NCBI GenBank assembly: GCA_040377305.1
Contig: JBEIPA010000016.1
Coordinates: 1 to 64,000 of the forward strand
Length of the DNA: 64,000 bases
Direction of reading: 5' to 3'
Origin: Flavobacteriales bacterium
GTDB lineage: Bacteria; Bacteroidota; Bacteroidia; Palsa-965
Of the stretch, positions 32,029-42,035 are shown one piece after another. Positions within the stretch are counted from its first letter, which is position 1. Each line of letters opens with the position of its first letter. A model generated the notes under the pieces. The model was not told the origin of the DNA and did not search any database. It saw only the letters and a program-made list of their open reading frames with translations. The position numbers and the translations under genes are program-made.

Positions 32029-32748
32029 ATGATCCGACTAAGTGTAAACGTGAATAAGATTGCAACATTGCGTAACGCGCGAGGTGGTAATACGCCCGAT
32101 GTCTTGAAGGCTGCGTTAGATATTGAGCGGTTTGGAGCCGATGGAATAACAGTTCATCCCCGTCCCGACGAACGCCACATCCGATACTCAGATGTTAAAA
32201 CCATGCGTCCCTTGTTGAAAACAGAATTCAACATTGAAGGCAATCCGCGTGAGCGAAAATTCCTCGATCTGGTATTTTCCACCAGGCCCGACCAGGTAAC
32301 GCTGGTGCCTGATGCCACAAATCAGTTGACTTCTGACCACGGCTGGGACACTATTGCGAACCGCGATTACCTGAAAGAGATCATTGCGGAGTTCAAGAGC
32401 AAAGGAATTCGCACTTCTATTTTTGTAGATCCTGTGCCTGCAATGGTGAAGGGTGCGGCAATGACTGGTACTGACCGTATTGAGCTTTACACAGAACTTT
32501 ACGCAGCGAACTACAAACAGAATCGTGTAGAAGCTGTTTCATTGTACTCTGAAGCAGCGGCTATTGCCAACCAGAACAATATTGGAGTAAATGCCGGTCA
32601 CGATCTGAGCTTAGAGAATCTGAAATTCTTCGTCGACAATGTTCCCGGTCTCAAAGAAGTTTCCATTGGACACGCTTTGATTTCGGATGCACTTTACTTC
32701 GGACTTGAGAACACCGTGCAGATGTACAAACGATTGCTGTCCGTATGA
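32029..32748 (+). CDS. pdxJ: Pyridoxine 5'-phosphate synthase
   Basis: [39 protein letters not shown]. Confidence 0.95.
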   Translation: MIRLSVNVNKIATLRNARGGNTPDVLKAALDIERFGADGITVHPRPDERHIRYSDVKTMRPLLKTEFNIEGNPRERKFLDLVFSTRPDQVTLVPDATNQLTSDHGWDTIANRDYLKEIIAEFKSKGIRTSIFVDPVPAMVKGAAMTGTDRIELYTELYAANYKQNRVEAVSLYSEAAAIANQNNIGVNAGHDLSLENLKFFVDNVPGLKEVSIGHALISDALYFGLENTVQMYKRLLSV

Positions 32749-33539
32749 AGTTGTTTCATAGAAAATCGGGTACTGGTCGCCCACTGATTATCCTTCACGG
32801 CTTATTCGGTATTTCCGACAATTGGGCAGCACTTGCAAAATTGTGGTCGCAATACTTTACGGTGTACGCCGTTGATCTTCGGAATCACGGACAGTCGCCG
32901 CACAGTGACGAATGGAATTATACGGCAATGGCAGAAGACATCATCGAATTAATGGGTGATGAAAAACTGAACGATGTGATTCTGCTCGGACATTCCATGG
33001 GTGGAAAAGTGGGAATGCGTCTGGCGATTGATTATCCGACTTCGCTTTCTAAATTGATCGTGGTTGATATTGCACCGCGACAATCGTTGCCGAATAATTC
33101 GGAAGTCGTTCGCGCACTGGAGCAAGTTGATCTGAACAAAATCAATTCGCGCAAAGGTGCTGAAGAAATTCTTCGTCCACTTTTGCACGAAGAAGGCACG
33201 ATTCAATTTCTGCTGAAGAATCTTTTCTGGTCCGAAGGACCGCGTACGGGAAAAGAACAGGCTGACGGAGAAAAAAGTCTTCAGTGGCGTTTTAATCTGG
33301 ATGTGATCAGCAAAAACCTCGATGAAGTTTACGCCGCTACATTACCCGATCCGGTTTGTGAAACGGAAACTTTGTTCATTCGCGGAAGTAAATCGCAGTA
33401 CATCATGCCAGAAGATGAAGCGAGTATAACGCGCATGTTTCCGAACTCCAGCGTCGTAACAATTGAAGACGCAGGACATTGGGTTCACGCCGATCAGCCG
33501 TTTCCGGTGTATGAGGCGGTAATGAAATTCGCGCTTTAA
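32745..33539 (+). CDS. Alpha/beta hydrolase (YbfF-like esterase)
   Basis: HGLFG, DLRNHG, GHSMGG, AGHWVHA. Confidence 0.9.
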   Translation: MKLFHRKSGTGRPLIILHGLFGISDNWAALAKLWSQYFTVYAVDLRNHGQSPHSDEWNYTAMAEDIIELMGDEKLNDVILLGHSMGGKVGMRLAIDYPTSLSKLIVVDIAPRQSLPNNSEVVRALEQVDLNKINSRKGAEEILRPLLHEEGTIQFLLKNLFWSEGPRTGKEQADGEKSLQWRFNLDVISKNLDEVYAATLPDPVCETETLFIRGSKSQYIMPEDEASITRMFPNSSVVTIEDAGHWVHADQPFPVYEAVMKFAL

Positions 33540-33560
33540 CAGCAGTCTCAGATTGCCATA

Positions 33561-33713
33561 ATTCAACCCCTTCAGGGTTGGTTGATGTAGATACTTTTTC
33601 CAGTTACCGTAATTGAAGTCTTTCAGACTTCTGTGTATATGACAACTCCGGAGGAGTTCAATTACGGTAACTGGAAAAATCGTGCGCGAGGTACAACCCT
33701 GAAGGGGTTGAAT
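33561..33713. repeat. REPIN-like nested inverted repeat, family D
   Basis: Outer ATTCAACCCCTTCAGGGTTG / CAACCCTGAAGGGGTTGAAT; inner TTTTTCCAGTTACCGTAATTGAA / TTCAATTACGGTAACTGGAAAAA. Confidence 0.85.
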
Positions 33714-33785
33714 AATGACCGTCGATCTGTCTTCACTTTTACTGCATACTTCTTCGTAACTTCGCGGTCTAAATTATTTCACACA

Positions 33786-34244
33786 ATGACAACAGCTGAA
33801 ATTCATACCAACAAAGGCATTCTTAAAGTAGAGTTTTTCCCTGCGGACGCTCCCGGTCACGTAAAAAACTTTATTGATCTCGCGAAGAAAGGATTTTATG
33901 ACGGACTGAAATGGCACCGCGTAATTCCAGGATTTGTAATTCAGGGCGGATGTCCAAACTCACGCGATGGCGCTTCTGGAATTCCCGGAACAGGCGGACC
34001 AGGATATAAAATTCCTTGCGAGTTGAACGGAGAAAACCAACATCATGACAAAGGCGTTTTATCTATGGCGCATGCAGGCCCAAACACCGGCGGATCACAA
34101 TTCTTCGTTGTGTTGAGCCGTCAGCAAACTGCACATTTGGATCGTCGTCACACATGCTTCGGCAAAGTGACAGAAGGTCTCGACATCCTTGACACAATCA
34201 AACAAGGTGATTCGATCGACAAGATTGTAGTGAACGAAAATTAG
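33786..34244 (+). CDS. Cyclophilin-type peptidyl-prolyl isomerase
   Basis: FYDGLKWHRVIPGFVIQGG, SMAHAGPNTGGSQFF; start at MTTAEI because the upstream extension is the repeat element. Confidence 0.92.
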   Translation: MTTAEIHTNKGILKVEFFPADAPGHVKNFIDLAKKGFYDGLKWHRVIPGFVIQGGCPNSRDGASGIPGTGGPGYKIPCELNGENQHHDKGVLSMAHAGPNTGGSQFFVVLSRQQTAHLDRRHTCFGKVTEGLDILDTIKQGDSIDKIVVNEN

Positions 34245-34285
34245 AATACCGTTCGTCATTGACAATTACCTTAAGTAATTCGCAC

Positions 34286-34316
34286 AGCCCGATTGATCGC
34301 TCAATCGGGCTTTTTC
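34286..34316 (+). terminator. Intrinsic terminator
   Basis: AGCCCGATTGA / TCAATCGGGCT stem with a T tail. Confidence 0.8.
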
Positions 34317-34343
34317 GTTGGTTTTCTCGTTATACTTGTAGAT

Positions 34344-35315
34344 ATGGAAGTGAATTACCCATCCCCGCAGGATGCTCCTCAACAACCTGCGCCACTCAAC
34401 AGTGAATTTTTACAACGCGGACGAATCGAAGGGAAAAACGATTGGTGGAGATATACGCTTGGCATTGTGATTTCCATGGCGGGATATTTTCTCTTCTCGG
34501 TTCCGGTATTGCTCATCATGATGAAAGGTGTTGCTCAGCTGGGAATCACTGATCCCGAAGAAATGACCAAAGCGATGACCAATCCGAAAGTACTCGGAAT
34601 CGATACGAATCTGTTCCTGATTTTACTCTTGCTTGGATATGTTGGTGGTATGATCGGTTTATACCTTGCAGTTCGCTATTTACACAACAAGCCATTCGTT
34701 AGTATCATCACCGCAGCAACACGCATCAGATGGAAACGCTTTACCGGTGCTGCAATCGCATGGTTTATTTTCTCGTGCATCTGTATTTTCATTGCGTGGG
34801 TGATTGATCCGGCGAATCTCCAGTTCACATTCAACCTGAAACCGTTTCTCATCACAGTGGCTATTGCAATTCTCTTTTTGCCTGCACAAACCTGGTGGGA
34901 GGAGTTCTTGTTGCGAGGTTATCTGATGCAAGGAATTGCCCAAACTACAAAGACTGCACTCATTCCAATTCTAGCCACGTCGCTGATTTTCGGATTGCTG
35001 CACTCAGGCAATCCTGAAGTTGCCGCGTACGGTTTCTGGTATTCAATGCCGATGTACATTCTTCCGGGCTTGCTTTTTGCCATGATCGCTGTGATGGATG
35101 GAGGTCTCGAGATTCCGATGGGATTTCACTTCGCCAATAATCTGTTCGGAACAATTGCTGTCACCAACGATGTTAGCGCGATTCAGGCTTCAACGATTTT
35201 CAGACAGATCAATCCCGATCAACTGATAGATCTGTTATCGCTCATTCAATATCCCCTATTCCTTTTGTTGTTCTGGATGATCTACAAATGGGATTTCAAA
35301 AAACTTTACAAGTAA
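34344..35315 (+). CDS. CPBP/Abi family intramembrane glutamic endopeptidase
   Basis: EEFLLRGY, FGLLH, HFANN; multiple TM segments. Confidence 0.9.
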   Translation: MEVNYPSPQDAPQQPAPLNSEFLQRGRIEGKNDWWRYTLGIVISMAGYFLFSVPVLLIMMKGVAQLGITDPEEMTKAMTNPKVLGIDTNLFLILLLLGYVGGMIGLYLAVRYLHNKPFVSIITAATRIRWKRFTGAAIAWFIFSCICIFIAWVIDPANLQFTFNLKPFLITVAIAILFLPAQTWWEEFLLRGYLMQGIAQTTKTALIPILATSLIFGLLHSGNPEVAAYGFWYSMPMYILPGLLFAMIAVMDGGLEIPMGFHFANNLFGTIAVTNDVSAIQASTIFRQINPDQLIDLLSLIQYPLFLLLFWMIYKWDFKKLYK

Positions 35316-35318
35316 AGC

Positions 35319-37160
35319 ATGCGTCACATACTTCTCTCCCTATCCGTTTTTGTTGTCGCAATACTCAATGCGCAACAGAACAGCACGTATCAGTTCTCGT
35401 TGGATCTCACCAAAGTGCACAACGATCTGCTGACGGTTGAATTGATTACACCGAAAATTGCCTCCGACAGTGTGGTGTACAGCTTGCCGGCAATTGTTCC
35501 CGGCACTTACAAGGTGTACAACTTCGGTCGTTTCACCAGTGAGTTCAAAGCATTCGACAAAGCCGGAAAAGAGCTTGAAGTCCTTCGGTTGAACGCAAAC
35601 TCTTGGAGCATTCACAAAGCACAGGAACTTTTCAAAATTTCTTACGATGTGGAAGATTGCTGGGACACCAAACAGAAAAATAATTTCGTGTTTGAACCTG
35701 CAGGGTCGAATATTGAGGATTCCAACTTCGTTCTGAACAATCATTGTTTCTTCGGTTACTTCGATAACATGAAGAAAGTAGAATACCGTGTAAACATCAC
35801 GCATCCACAGCAAATGTTTGGTGCAACCGGTTTAAACAATGTTGTGCGTGAAGGAAATGTCGACAAGTACACGATCTCCAACTACAACGATCTCGTAGAC
35901 GGTCCAATCATGTATTGCCGTCCCGACACAACACATCTGAACATTGGTGGAAGCGATATTCTTATCTCCGTGTATTCTCCGCGCAAAATGGTTTCCTCCA
36001 AATTCGTTGGCGATAGTCTCGAAGGAATTCTCCACGCACAAGCCGAATATCTCGGTGGAACTTTGCCCGTGAAGAACTATGCATTCATTATTTATCTCAC
36101 TGCAAATTCACGCGGATTCAATTCCGGATCATACGGTGCACTGGAACACTCCTACTCGTCTATGTACACATTGATTGAGCAGAATCCTTCACTCATTGCA
36201 CAAACCATCAAAGACGTTGCTGCACACGAGTTTTTTCACATCGTTACTCCGTTGAACATTCACTCGTATGAAATTGGTGAATTCGATTACAACACTCCCG
36301 CAATGTCTCAGCATCTGTGGATGTACGAAGGGCTCACCGAATATTCTGCACATCACGTTCAGGTAAAAAACGGGAGTCAGTCCATGGAAGATTTCTTCGC
36401 AATTATGTCGGAGAAAATTTCGCGAGCACAGCAATTCGACGATGAGCTTTCATTCACGGAGATGAGCAAGAATTGTCTCGGTAAAACCGAAGATCAGTAT
36501 CTGAATGTTTACCAGAAAGGTGCGCTCATTGCCATGTGTCTGGATCTTAAGTTGCGTCATCTTTCCGGTGGAGCTTACGGTACACAAGAACTCATGCGTG
36601 ACCTCGCGAAGAAATACGGAAAAGACCGTTCGTTCACTGATGATTCTTTATTCAGCGATATTGTGAAACTCACGTATCCTGAAATCGGAATTTTCCTCGA
36701 CAAGCACGTGAAAGGCGGAGAACCACTCCCTTTTACAGAATGTCTCGCTTATGCAGGATGTGAATATGCGCGCAAGAAAACAATCACAACTTTCGATCCG
36801 CTTGGTGGCTACGGATGGTTTGTCGACAGCACAAATCGCGTTGTCCTTTACCCCAATGAGCCGACGGAATTCGGCAAAGACATGGGTTACATGAAAGGTG
36901 ATGTGCTGTTATCGATCAACGGTAAGAAAATCAAATCTGCAACAGCTGCAGAGCAAATCGCGACCATTGAAACCACACTGAAAGAAGGTTCGAAGGTTAA
37001 GGTGAAAGTTCTTCGTAAGACCAGTCAGGGTAAAGAAGTAACTCAAGAGCTCAGTGCAGATATGCGACCAACGACGAAGGTGGTTCGGAATTATATTGGA
37101 CCGATGGAGAAAGCGACGCCGGAGCAATTGAAGATCAGAAAATCGTGGATAAATAAATAG
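35319..37160 (+). CDS. M61 family aminopeptidase with PDZ domain
   Basis: GALEHSYS, HEFFH, LWMYEGLTEY, VYQKG. Confidence 0.9.
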   Translation: MRHILLSLSVFVVAILNAQQNSTYQFSLDLTKVHNDLLTVELITPKIASDSVVYSLPAIVPGTYKVYNFGRFTSEFKAFDKAGKELEVLRLNANSWSIHKAQELFKISYDVEDCWDTKQKNNFVFEPAGSNIEDSNFVLNNHCFFGYFDNMKKVEYRVNITHPQQMFGATGLNNVVREGNVDKYTISNYNDLVDGPIMYCRPDTTHLNIGGSDILISVYSPRKMVSSKFVGDSLEGILHAQAEYLGGTLPVKNYAFIIYLTANSRGFNSGSYGALEHSYSSMYTLIEQNPSLIAQTIKDVAAHEFFHIVTPLNIHSYEIGEFDYNTPAMSQHLWMYEGLTEYSAHHVQVKNGSQSMEDFFAIMSEKISRAQQFDDELSFTEMSKNCLGKTEDQYLNVYQKGALIAMCLDLKLRHLSGGAYGTQELMRDLAKKYGKDRSFTDDSLFSDIVKLTYPEIGIFLDKHVKGGEPLPFTECLAYAGCEYARKKTITTFDPLGGYGWFVDSTNRVVLYPNEPTEFGKDMGYMKGDVLLSINGKKIKSATAAEQIATIETTLKEGSKVKVKVLRKTSQGKEVTQELSADMRPTTKVVRNYIGPMEKATPEQLKIRKSWINK

Positions 37161-37236
37161 ATCGGAGTTGGGAGATGGGAGTCGGGCGATCGTTTATGAC
37201 TGCCGACTGCCAGACTGCCCGACTGCCTACTGAAAC

Positions 37237-38301
37237 ATGAGTGCAGCACTTCCATCCGAAAATTTTTCCTTCAAGAACTACTACTGGTGGTTTCAGGCGG
37301 GCGGTTGGACTTTATTCTTAACGGTTAATGCAGCTGTGCTTTTTATCAGCAACAAGTTAACCACACCACTCATCTACTGGTTGATCGTTGCCTGGTTTGC
37401 GTGTACGGCGCTAACCGAATTTCTACGGTTTATTGTAATTCGCTTTCATTGGTTGAAACTAGAGAGTATTCAGGCCGTGCCGCGGGTGCTTATACTGGTT
37501 GTTGTGATGAGCATAACGATGGCATCTCTTTCTTCACTTTATCAGATGTACGTATCAAATACAGGCACAGTCCTTTTCGATATAGGTACATGGATTACAG
37601 AGATCATCAGCTATAGCCTTGCTTTCATTATCTGGAGCATCATGTACTTCCTGATCAACACCGTAGAAAATTTCCGTAAAGCAGAAATCGAAAATCTTCG
37701 TTGGCAGGCGCTTCGCACGGAAACGGAATTGAATCGACTGAAGTCGCAGCTGAATCCGCACTTCATGTTTAATGCCATGAATGTGATTCGTGCGCTGGTA
37801 GATGAAAATCCCGTTCGCTCGAAGGACGCAATTACACAGCTCTCGGGTTTGTTACGCAACACCTTGCAGTTCGGAAAGCACAAGTACATTTCGCTTGGGC
37901 AAGAGCTGGAAGTGGTGCGCGATTACCTTTCACTGGAATCTGCACGTATGGAAGAACGACTGCGCATTAAGTGGGAAATTGATCCGAATTCGGAAGCGTT
38001 TGAAGTTCCTCCCTTGATGTTGCAAACGCTTGTGGAAAATTGTATCAAACACGGAATCTCGAAATTGCCTGAGGGCGGCACCGTTTTGATCAAGACTTCG
38101 CTGAATGAAAAAGGATTGAACATTTTTCTCGAGAACAGTGGCAAGTACGATGCATCACTTAAACCTGAAAGCGGATTTGGTTTGAAGAATTCACTGGAGC
38201 GATTGGAGCTACTTTACGAGAATGCGACACTTACAATTAAAAATTCAGGTAACAATTCTGTCGTTACCGAAGTATTCATACCTAAAACGCGAAAATCATG
38301 A
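37237..38301 (+). CDS. LytS-type sensor histidine kinase
   Basis: TM N-terminus, LKSQLNPHFMFN, LQTLVENCIKHG. Confidence 0.92.
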   Translation: MSAALPSENFSFKNYYWWFQAGGWTLFLTVNAAVLFISNKLTTPLIYWLIVAWFACTALTEFLRFIVIRFHWLKLESIQAVPRVLILVVVMSITMASLSSLYQMYVSNTGTVLFDIGTWITEIISYSLAFIIWSIMYFLINTVENFRKAEIENLRWQALRTETELNRLKSQLNPHFMFNAMNVIRALVDENPVRSKDAITQLSGLLRNTLQFGKHKYISLGQELEVVRDYLSLESARMEERLRIKWEIDPNSEAFEVPPLMLQTLVENCIKHGISKLPEGGTVLIKTSLNEKGLNIFLENSGKYDASLKPESGFGLKNSLERLELLYENATLTIKNSGNNSVVTEVFIPKTRKS

Positions 38302-39017
38302 GAGCTGTTATTGCAGATGATGAACGCTTGGCGAGACAAGAATTGAAGTCCATGCTCGCAACGTATCCCGGAATTGAAATTGTCGGAGAATGCGCCGACG
38401 CGAAGTCAGCGATTGACACCATCAACGAATTAAAACCTGATGTTGTATTTCTCGACATTCAGATGCCGGGAAAAACCGGATTCGACGTCCTTGAGGAAGT
38501 TACATTCGTTCCCGAAGTAATTTTCGTAACCGCACACGACGAGTTCGCTCTGAAAGCATTTGAAGTAAATGCGCTCGACTATCTGCTGAAGCCCGTTCAG
38601 GGTGCGCGATTGTCTGACGCCATCAAGAAAGTTGGAGACCGTCTGCGGGATAAGGAATCTGCTCCTGAAAAAACAAACGTGCTCGGTGAAAACGACCAGG
38701 TGTTTGTAAAGGACGGGGAGAAATGCTGGTTCGTGAAGCTTGGCGATGTGCGCTTATTCGAATCAGAAGGCAACTACGTGCGTTTGTTTTTCGGAACACA
38801 GCGTCCGCTCATTCTTCGTTCGCTGAACTATCTCGACGAGCGCTTGAACAACAAAATATTCTTCCGCGCGAGCAGAAAACACATCATCAATCTCCAGTGG
38901 GTCGACAATATCGAAAGCTGGTTCAACGGTGGATTGCTCGTGAAACTTAAAGGAGGAGAATCAGTAGAAATCTCGCGCAGACAGGCAGTGAAGCTGAAAG
39001 AAATGATGAGTCTGTAG
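38298..39017 (+). CDS. LytTR family response regulator
   Basis: DDE, FLDIQMP, DYLLKP, C-terminal LytTR domain ending ISRR. Confidence 0.93.
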   Translation: MRAVIADDERLARQELKSMLATYPGIEIVGECADAKSAIDTINELKPDVVFLDIQMPGKTGFDVLEEVTFVPEVIFVTAHDEFALKAFEVNALDYLLKPVQGARLSDAIKKVGDRLRDKESAPEKTNVLGENDQVFVKDGEKCWFVKLGDVRLFESEGNYVRLFFGTQRPLILRSLNYLDERLNNKIFFRASRKHIINLQWVDNIESWFNGGLLVKLKGGESVEISRRQAVKLKEMMSL

Positions 39018-39643
39018 TGCAAGAAATTACCTGGAAAGAATTTTGGCTTCTACCGAAAAGCAAAACCTACTTGTGGATTGCAATCGGTGCATTTCTGGTT
39101 ATGTTCGCAACTGTGCAATCTACGCTTGCGTATGTTGAGCACAGACCCGGATATGTCATCGAAGATTGGTCACGTTCATTTCTCGGAAAGCCCAGAAACT
39201 TTTCCGTTGCCATTTTTGCCATCACCTATTTCGCGATGGTGTATGCAATCTGGACGAATGTAAAGCGCCCAAAGGTTTTTCTGCACATGTTCATTACGTA
39301 CGCAATCATGCAACTCTCGAAGTGTATTGTATTGCTGATTGTTCCGCTTGATCCGCCAACAGACATCCTTCCCCTCAGTGATCCGATTCTCGAAACACTT
39401 TTCTACGGTGGGCATGTTAACCTGAAAGATCTCTTATTCTCAGGTCACGTTGCAACGGTATGCATAGCCGGAATCTATGCTCGCGGACATTTTATGAAGA
39501 TTACCTTCTTCATGCTGGCCATCATTCTTGGATTTCTGATGGCGCAACAACGCGTTCACTACATTGTTGACGCAGTTGCCGCTCCGGTCTTTGTTTGGAT
39601 CGCCTTTCGATTGTCGTCGCTGATCGCCAAATCCTCCTCATAA
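39017..39643 (+). CDS. PAP2-superfamily membrane protein, sphingomyelin-synthase-like
   Basis: DLLFSGH and HYIVD motifs; about 5-6 TM segments. Confidence 0.75.
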   Translation: MQEITWKEFWLLPKSKTYLWIAIGAFLVMFATVQSTLAYVEHRPGYVIEDWSRSFLGKPRNFSVAIFAITYFAMVYAIWTNVKRPKVFLHMFITYAIMQLSKCIVLLIVPLDPPTDILPLSDPILETLFYGGHVNLKDLLFSGHVATVCIAGIYARGHFMKITFFMLAIILGFLMAQQRVHYIVDAVAAPVFVWIAFRLSSLIAKSSS

Positions 39644-39823
39644 TCCGGATTCTGATCAGGACTCCACTCCGCTTCAATCGGAAGGAAATCAGCGATCAAA
39701 ATAAGTCCGGCTACGCATAGAAGAACGGGGATTACATATTCTGTGTGCATCTTGTCTTTGTTTGCACAAAAATCAGCAGGCTAGATTACCTGATTCTTAC
39801 CAGAATATGAAGTGATGAAAATC

Positions 39824-40405
39824 TTATTGCGAAAGGTGGAGAGCGCAAGCCTTTTCCAGTTCCGAAAAAAACTCATCAAAGTCACGCGCATACTCGTCAT
39901 AATGCTCGCGCAAAGCGTCCGCCCCATGCTCCATTCCCGATTGATACGGTGTTCTTCGCGACATTCCCAGCATGACTTCGCCGATCCCTTCCACATGAGC
40001 ATACGCACACAGCCAATTGTACATACGCATGTACTTGAGAAAGTGCTTTGATTTCTCAGGGAAAATTGCACTTTCAGCCTGCAGTTTGTCGTAAATCCCC
40101 AGTGCATAGTCCTCCAGTGAAACGGCACTGTATCTGTTCCAGTTCTTCGCCAGAAAATGGTCGAAAAAGACGTCAACCACCACCGGTGCATAATGGTGAA
40201 AACGAGGCCGGAGTCTCTGTTTGGTTCGTTCGGTAATCGGATGCGTATCTGTGAAATAGTCGATAAACCGATGCATTAGAATGCCTTTTTGCACTTCAGG
40301 AGGGTATTCGCGGTGCTTTTGCCCCTTCACGGAGTCGGCAATGAAGTTTCCCAACAATAATCCGGTATCGTTGCCCGACAAATAGAAATGCGCGAGATAA
40401 TTCAC
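39824..40405 (-). CDS. acpH: ACP phosphodiesterase
   Basis: MNYLAH, GNFIADSVKG, HRFIDYFTDTH, DHFLA. Confidence 0.88.
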   Translation of the reverse strand: MNYLAHFYLSGNDTGLLLGNFIADSVKGQKHREYPPEVQKGILMHRFIDYFTDTHPITERTKQRLRPRFHHYAPVVVDVFFDHFLAKNWNRYSAVSLEDYALGIYDKLQAESAIFPEKSKHFLKYMRMYNWLCAYAHVEGIGEVMLGMSRRTPYQSGMEHGADALREHYDEYARDFDEFFSELEKACALHLSQ

Positions 40406-40537
40406 AAAGCAAAGGTATGAGGAACGAGGAATGAGGACGGGGGAATAAGGATTCTATTCCTCTGAATCACTGAAAACGGCAAGTATCCCCATTCCTTATG
40501 CCCCATGCCTTTCTTTCATAACTTTGTGCACCCATTT

Positions 40538-42025
40538 ATGACTATGAAACGCTGCCTGTTTGTTCTAACATTTTCCTTTGTCGCCTGTTTCGTTAACGCA
40601 CAAATGTATCAGGCCGGTGGACCATTTGCACCGGTTGTTGAAGACAGCACTGTGTTGTGGCCCAAAGACAATGCGCAACCCTGGACTTTGCAGGAGTGTA
40701 TTGCATACGCACAAGTGCACAACATTCAGGTGCAACTCGATCAGCTCAATGTTCGCATGAGTCAAACGAACCTGACTGCTTCCAAAGGAAACATGTTGCC
40801 GAATCTGAACGGATATGCATCGCATACGTATAACTACGGACAAACGATCGATCGATTCACGAATACGTTTGTGAATGATCGCGTACTGAACCAGAATTTC
40901 TATTTATCAAGCACATTCACGGTGTTCAGTGGTTTTTCGAATTACAACACCGTTCAGCAAAATAAATTCGCACTACAAGCGAGTGAGTTTGGCGTAGAAC
41001 AAACGCGGTACGACATCGGAATGAATGTTGCGAATGCCTATCTCAATATTCTATTTGCCGAAGACCAGGTTGAGATTGCGAAGAAACAGCAAACGCTAAC
41101 CAATTCTCAGGTTGAACGTATGCAGAAGATGGTTGATGCAGGAGCTTCTGCTCGCGGCCCTCTACTCGATTTGCAGACACAACTTGCCAATGAAAAAGTA
41201 ACATTGATTACTGCTGAGAATAATCTCACGATTGCAATGCTCACGTTGACGCAGTTGATGAATCTGGACACAACGGCCGGATTCAAAATCGTCCGCCCGA
41301 ATCTGGAAGTTCCGAATGAAGCGGTACTTGTTGAAACTGCGGATCAGATCTACACCACAGCGGAGAACAATCAACCGGCGATTAAACAAGCCGACGCAAA
41401 CATCATGAGTGCAGAAAAAGGTGTTGATGTTGCTTACGGTGGATTAAGTCCTACGTTGACTTTGCAAGGTTCATTGGGAACGGGATATTCGGGAGCTGCG
41501 CAAAGTGTTGCTGCCAATCAGAACGGAGTCGATACAGTCGGTATTACAACCGGCGGTGAGTTCGTACTTGTACCGGGCTTCGACTACAACTATTCTACGG
41601 TTCCGTTTTCTGATCAACTTGGCAATAACTTCAACCAGAGTTTCGGGATTCAGTTGTCCGTACCGATTTTCAATCGCCTGCAGGTAAATTCCAACATTCA
41701 GCGTGCGAAAATTCAACACATGAATGCCCAGTTGACTGCAGATCTTGCACGACAAAACCTGAACAAGAACATTCAGCAGGCACACGCGGATGCTAAAGCT
41801 TCATTGGAAAAATACCACGCACAACAAGCCGCACTGGCTGCCGCAGAAGAATCGTTCCGTTACACTGAAGGGCGTTTTAACGTTGGTGATGTAAATGCAA
41901 TCGATTACACCACTTCAAAAAATCGTTTGGCTCAGGCTGAAGCCAATTTACTGCAGTCAAAATATGATTACATCTTCCGCCTGAAGGTGCTTGACTATTA
42001 CAAAGGAAATCCACTCACATTCTGA
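40538..42025 (+). CDS. TolC family outer membrane protein
   Basis: WTLQECI, duplicated OEP helical repeats, LSVPIFN; start uncertain (40538 or 40544). Confidence 0.9.
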   Translation: MTMKRCLFVLTFSFVACFVNAQMYQAGGPFAPVVEDSTVLWPKDNAQPWTLQECIAYAQVHNIQVQLDQLNVRMSQTNLTASKGNMLPNLNGYASHTYNYGQTIDRFTNTFVNDRVLNQNFYLSSTFTVFSGFSNYNTVQQNKFALQASEFGVEQTRYDIGMNVANAYLNILFAEDQVEIAKKQQTLTNSQVERMQKMVDAGASARGPLLDLQTQLANEKVTLITAENNLTIAMLTLTQLMNLDTTAGFKIVRPNLEVPNEAVLVETADQIYTTAENNQPAIKQADANIMSAEKGVDVAYGGLSPTLTLQGSLGTGYSGAAQSVAANQNGVDTVGITTGGEFVLVPGFDYNYSTVPFSDQLGNNFNQSFGIQLSVPIFNRLQVNSNIQRAKIQHMNAQLTADLARQNLNKNIQQAHADAKASLEKYHAQQAALAAAEESFRYTEGRFNVGDVNAIDYTTSKNRLAQAEANLLQSKYDYIFRLKVLDYYKGNPLTF

Positions 42026-42035
42026 TAATTGCTCT

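Noticed and set aside
33633-33785. N-terminal extension of the cyclophilin ORF
   Set aside because: It reads through the family D repeat; a promoter-like box and homology support the start at 33786
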